A stretch of DNA of 39,804 nucleotides from Octopus sinensis (Eukaryota), in assembly GCF_006345805.1 (NCBI RefSeq), contig NW_021835498.1:1-39804 (forward strand). The letters run 5' to 3'. Below, one piece after another: positions 36,818 through 39,804 of the stretch. The notes under the pieces are model-generated. The model did not search any database. It was not told where the DNA came from and worked only from the letters and a program-made list of their open reading frames with translations. Made by a program: the position numbers and the translations under genes. Position 1 is the stretch's first letter. Each line of letters starts with the position of its first letter.

Positions 36818-36974
36818 TTAAACTTAAATGTTGAAGTGAATCGAACGGCTTTTGTGTGTTTCTTAAATGGCTTATAACACCTTCCACGCTGCAATTGTTT
36901 TTCGTTTCAGCACACGATCTCAGATCAAATTACTTGCTATGCGAGTACATCTCCCTATATATATATATATAATA

Positions 36975-37035
<61 letters not shown>

Positions 37036-37042
<7 letters not shown>

Positions 37043-37395
37043 TAAGTAGCTTGCTTACCAACCACATGGTCCCGGATTCAGTCCCACTGCGTGGCGCCTT
37101 GTTAGTGGGTTTGGTAGACAGAAACTGGAAGAAGCCCGTTGTATATGTATATATATGTATATGTATGTGTGTGTATATATTTGTGTGTCTGCGTTTGTCT
37201 TCCCAACATCGCTTGACAACCGATGCTGGTGTGTTTACTTCCCCCGTAACTTAGCGGTTCGGCAAAAGAGACCGATATAATAAGTACTAGGCTTACAAAG
37301 AATAAGCTCTGGGGTCGATTTGCTCGACTAAAGGCGGTGCTCCAGCATGGCCTGGCCACAGTCAAATGACTGAAACAAGTAAAAGAGCAAAAGAG

Positions 37396-37396
<1 letters not shown>
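37036..37396 (+). mobile_element. SINE family A with internal deletion
   Basis: Match to 20500-20908 but lacking the ggcaagtgtcttc...caaagcc segment. Confidence 0.92.
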
Positions 37397-37428
<32 letters not shown>

Positions 37429-37437
37429 ATGTATATA

Positions 37438-37478
<41 letters not shown>

Positions 37479-37489
37479 TATATATATTA

Positions 37490-39804
37490 TGTCAGTCGCT
37501 CTAAGTGCTACTGGTAACATGTAATCCAGTACAACCTGTTGCATGGTCGGGACGTCAGCGACTAAACTGACAATCCCCCAGGTTCGCTTGGTGAGGAGGT
37601 GCTGTTGGACTCCCTGTAGGATGGAAAAATAAGACCCAACAAAGGCGGATGAACTCCTGAATAGTCAACGGCCATCCAACAAAATACCGCCTGCCCGCCC
37701 AGCCAGTGGGATGGCGTCATCTTATGGCTAAAACAGCACGAAGAACGAAAGAGAAAAGGAAAAGGGCCTCAGTACCCTGCACGTCATCGGGCCACTCCAT
37801 GACGCGGAGTGCAACTCGAGCGGCGAGAGGCTGCTAAGAATCACAGGTTCCCGAAAGCGTCATGGAACAGGACTAAACTGCCATATGTACCTACAACTGC
37901 AGGTCTATGGCGGGGTGGCAAGACTGAACCACCTAATGGAGGAAGGAAGATCAGGTGAGACGTGTTAGGGCTGTGCGAGACACGCTGGAAAGGAAGCGAG
38001 TATACGATGGCAAGATGGATGCACTGTGAGATTAGGAAGAGCAGAAGGTGCTAGATCGGTCGGAGTATCGTATTCATTTCGTAAGTAAGGAATGGGCTTC
38101 GAGGGTCGCTTCTTGCCACTTCATATCATCACGGAATGGTGTACTAAATGTGAACCTCTCAGGAAGGCCACCCTCAAGATTGTCCAGAACCTATGCTCCA
38201 CAAGTGCCAGCGACGACGACGAGGTGGAAGAATTCTATCGACAACTAGACAAAGGGCTGGCTATGAAGTCCACTTACACTGTCGTGATGGGAGACTTCAA
38301 CGCAAAGGTTGGACATGGACGACAAGGAGAGGAGTACGTCGGGAGATTTGGCATGGGAGAGAGAAAGGAGAGGAGAACGTTTGGCTACCATGGCAGAGGC
38401 GAGGCAGCTCTACATCGGAAACAGCCTATTCAGAGAGGGAGAGGAAGAGATGGACTTGGATATCGCCGAATTCTAAGCACCGAAGCGAGATCGACTACAT
38501 CCTGGTGATAAGCGACGCATATTACATGACTCTCCGTCGTGACGCATTCAACACCGGCAGTGATCATCGTCTGGTAAGGGCGAGGGTTGTCATCGACGGA
38601 AAGAGGGGAAAGATGGAGTTATATTTGGCGTCGATGGGGAAAACGTGTCCGAGTCTACAACGAGGCAAAGCTGCAGGAAGCCATCATGCAGGAAGACTGG
38701 TGCCAAGGAGACGACATGACGATGACTACAACTCACTGATAGGGAACTGAAGGAGTGTTTAAGAAGGCTAAGGGTGTATTCCCAAGAGAAAAGAAGGGAA
38801 GAATCTCGGAAGAACTACGAAGTTACTCGAGAAGAGGAAAAATATGAAGAGGACTATTGAAGATCACCTTGAATATTCCATTCTCAGCAGAGTGATTCGT
38901 CAGCAACTAAAGAAAGAGTTTGAGGCATACCGGATGGAGAAGCTCTTGAAAGCTGCAGAGGAAAAGAAGAGCCTCAAGAAATGCAAGAGGGACAAGCGCA
39001 ATATGTGCAGCTGCTCAGAGAGGCAAATTCCGGATGCACCACCGACATAGCTCTACTGTCATCACCCATACTAGTGCCGGTCGAGAGAAAGGAGTGAAGC
39101 AAGGAGATACAATCTCCCCAAAACTTTTCACTGCATGTCTCGAACAGATCATCAGAGGCATCGACTGGCAGGGTGGTATCAACATCAATGGCGAGCTCCT
39201 CACTCACCTCCGCTTCGCTGACGACATCGTACTCATCGCTGAAAACATGGATCAGCTTCAGACCATGCTGACGGAGCTCGACATCAAAAGTTCTGCAGTA
39301 GGTCTCAAGATGAACCGCATGAAAACAAAGTACATGCGGTCAGACAATGTACCAACAGGTCGAATGGTGATCGGCGGTGATTCAATAGAGAAGTGAGGAA
39401 ATATTCTACCTGGGACCGGAAGTAAATAGGTGCCGGGATATCAATTTGGAGATCTCACGGAGAGTAAGGGCCGGATGGAAGGCGTTCAATGGATAAGGGA
39501 TGTGCTCAGGGGAAGGTTGGACGACACGCGCCAACCTCATTACGGTGCAGTTCTGCCTGCAATTATATGGTAGTGAAACATGGGCTACCACAAAGAGAGA
39601 GAGCAAAGACTAGCAACGGCTCAAAGAGCCATGGAAAGGTCACTGCTTGGTATCTCGTTGAGAGAGCACATAAGTAACAAGATCATCAGAAAGAAGTCCG
39701 GCGTGAGAGATGTCATCGCAGAGTTACACGCAGCAAGTATAGATGGGCTGGACACGTCGCCCGGCTCACCGATAATCGGTGGACGCACGCAGTTGTCGAG
39801 CGTA
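37490..39804 (+). mobile_element. RTE-clade LINE (APE endonuclease + RT), frameshifted and internally deleted, runs off the window
   Basis: TYAP, VVMGDFNAKVG, WTWISPN...EIDYIL, SDHRLV; then GVKQGDTISPKLF, LRFADDIVL. The N-terminal RT domains are missing near 38990-39030. Confidence 0.92.

Larger units (their letters stand above)
36617..36899. repeat. Near-perfect 283-bp palindrome (arms ~137 bp, 8-nt centre)
   Basis: 36617-36754 is the reverse complement of 36763-36899 apart from about one substitution and one 1-nt indel; the element continues to ~36955 and is flanked by (TA)n. Confidence 0.95.

Noticed and set aside
231-37544. Many ORFs rich in YI/HT/VC/LS/RE dipeptides
   Set aside because: Translations of stop-free microsatellites and SINEs; no protein signal.
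1-39804. CRISPR arrays, tRNA/rRNA genes, prokaryotic operons
   Set aside because: No repeat-spacer arrays; tRNA-like boxes belong to SINE heads and do not form full cloverleaves; sequence is eukaryotic repeat-rich DNA.

Overview
AT-rich, microsatellite-saturated animal genomic DNA, probably intronic or intergenic. The SINE families and repeat landscape suggest a coleoid cephalopod such as Octopus (inference). I can support no intact host protein-coding gene; most ORFs in the track are translated microsatellites. The window is a mosaic of mobile DNA: three tRNA-derived SINE families, a 5'-truncated Neptune-type Penelope-like element (RT + GIY-YIG) plus an older decayed one, Tx1/L1, R4/Dong, RTE and CR1/L2-type LINE fragments, Tc1 and mariner relics, a non-autonomous Helitron and a piggyBac-type MITE. 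The most striking signal is non-coding. At least eight minimal type I hammerhead-ribozyme folds, several with non-canonical cores including a compensatory G3-C8 swap, sit in small elements next to or inside (TA)n tracts. These elements carry direct-repeat, inverted-repeat or fully palindromic architecture, suggesting a family of ribozyme-bearing, retrozyme-like or Penelope-derived mobile RNAs. All folds and alignments were done by eye; element boundaries are approximate.
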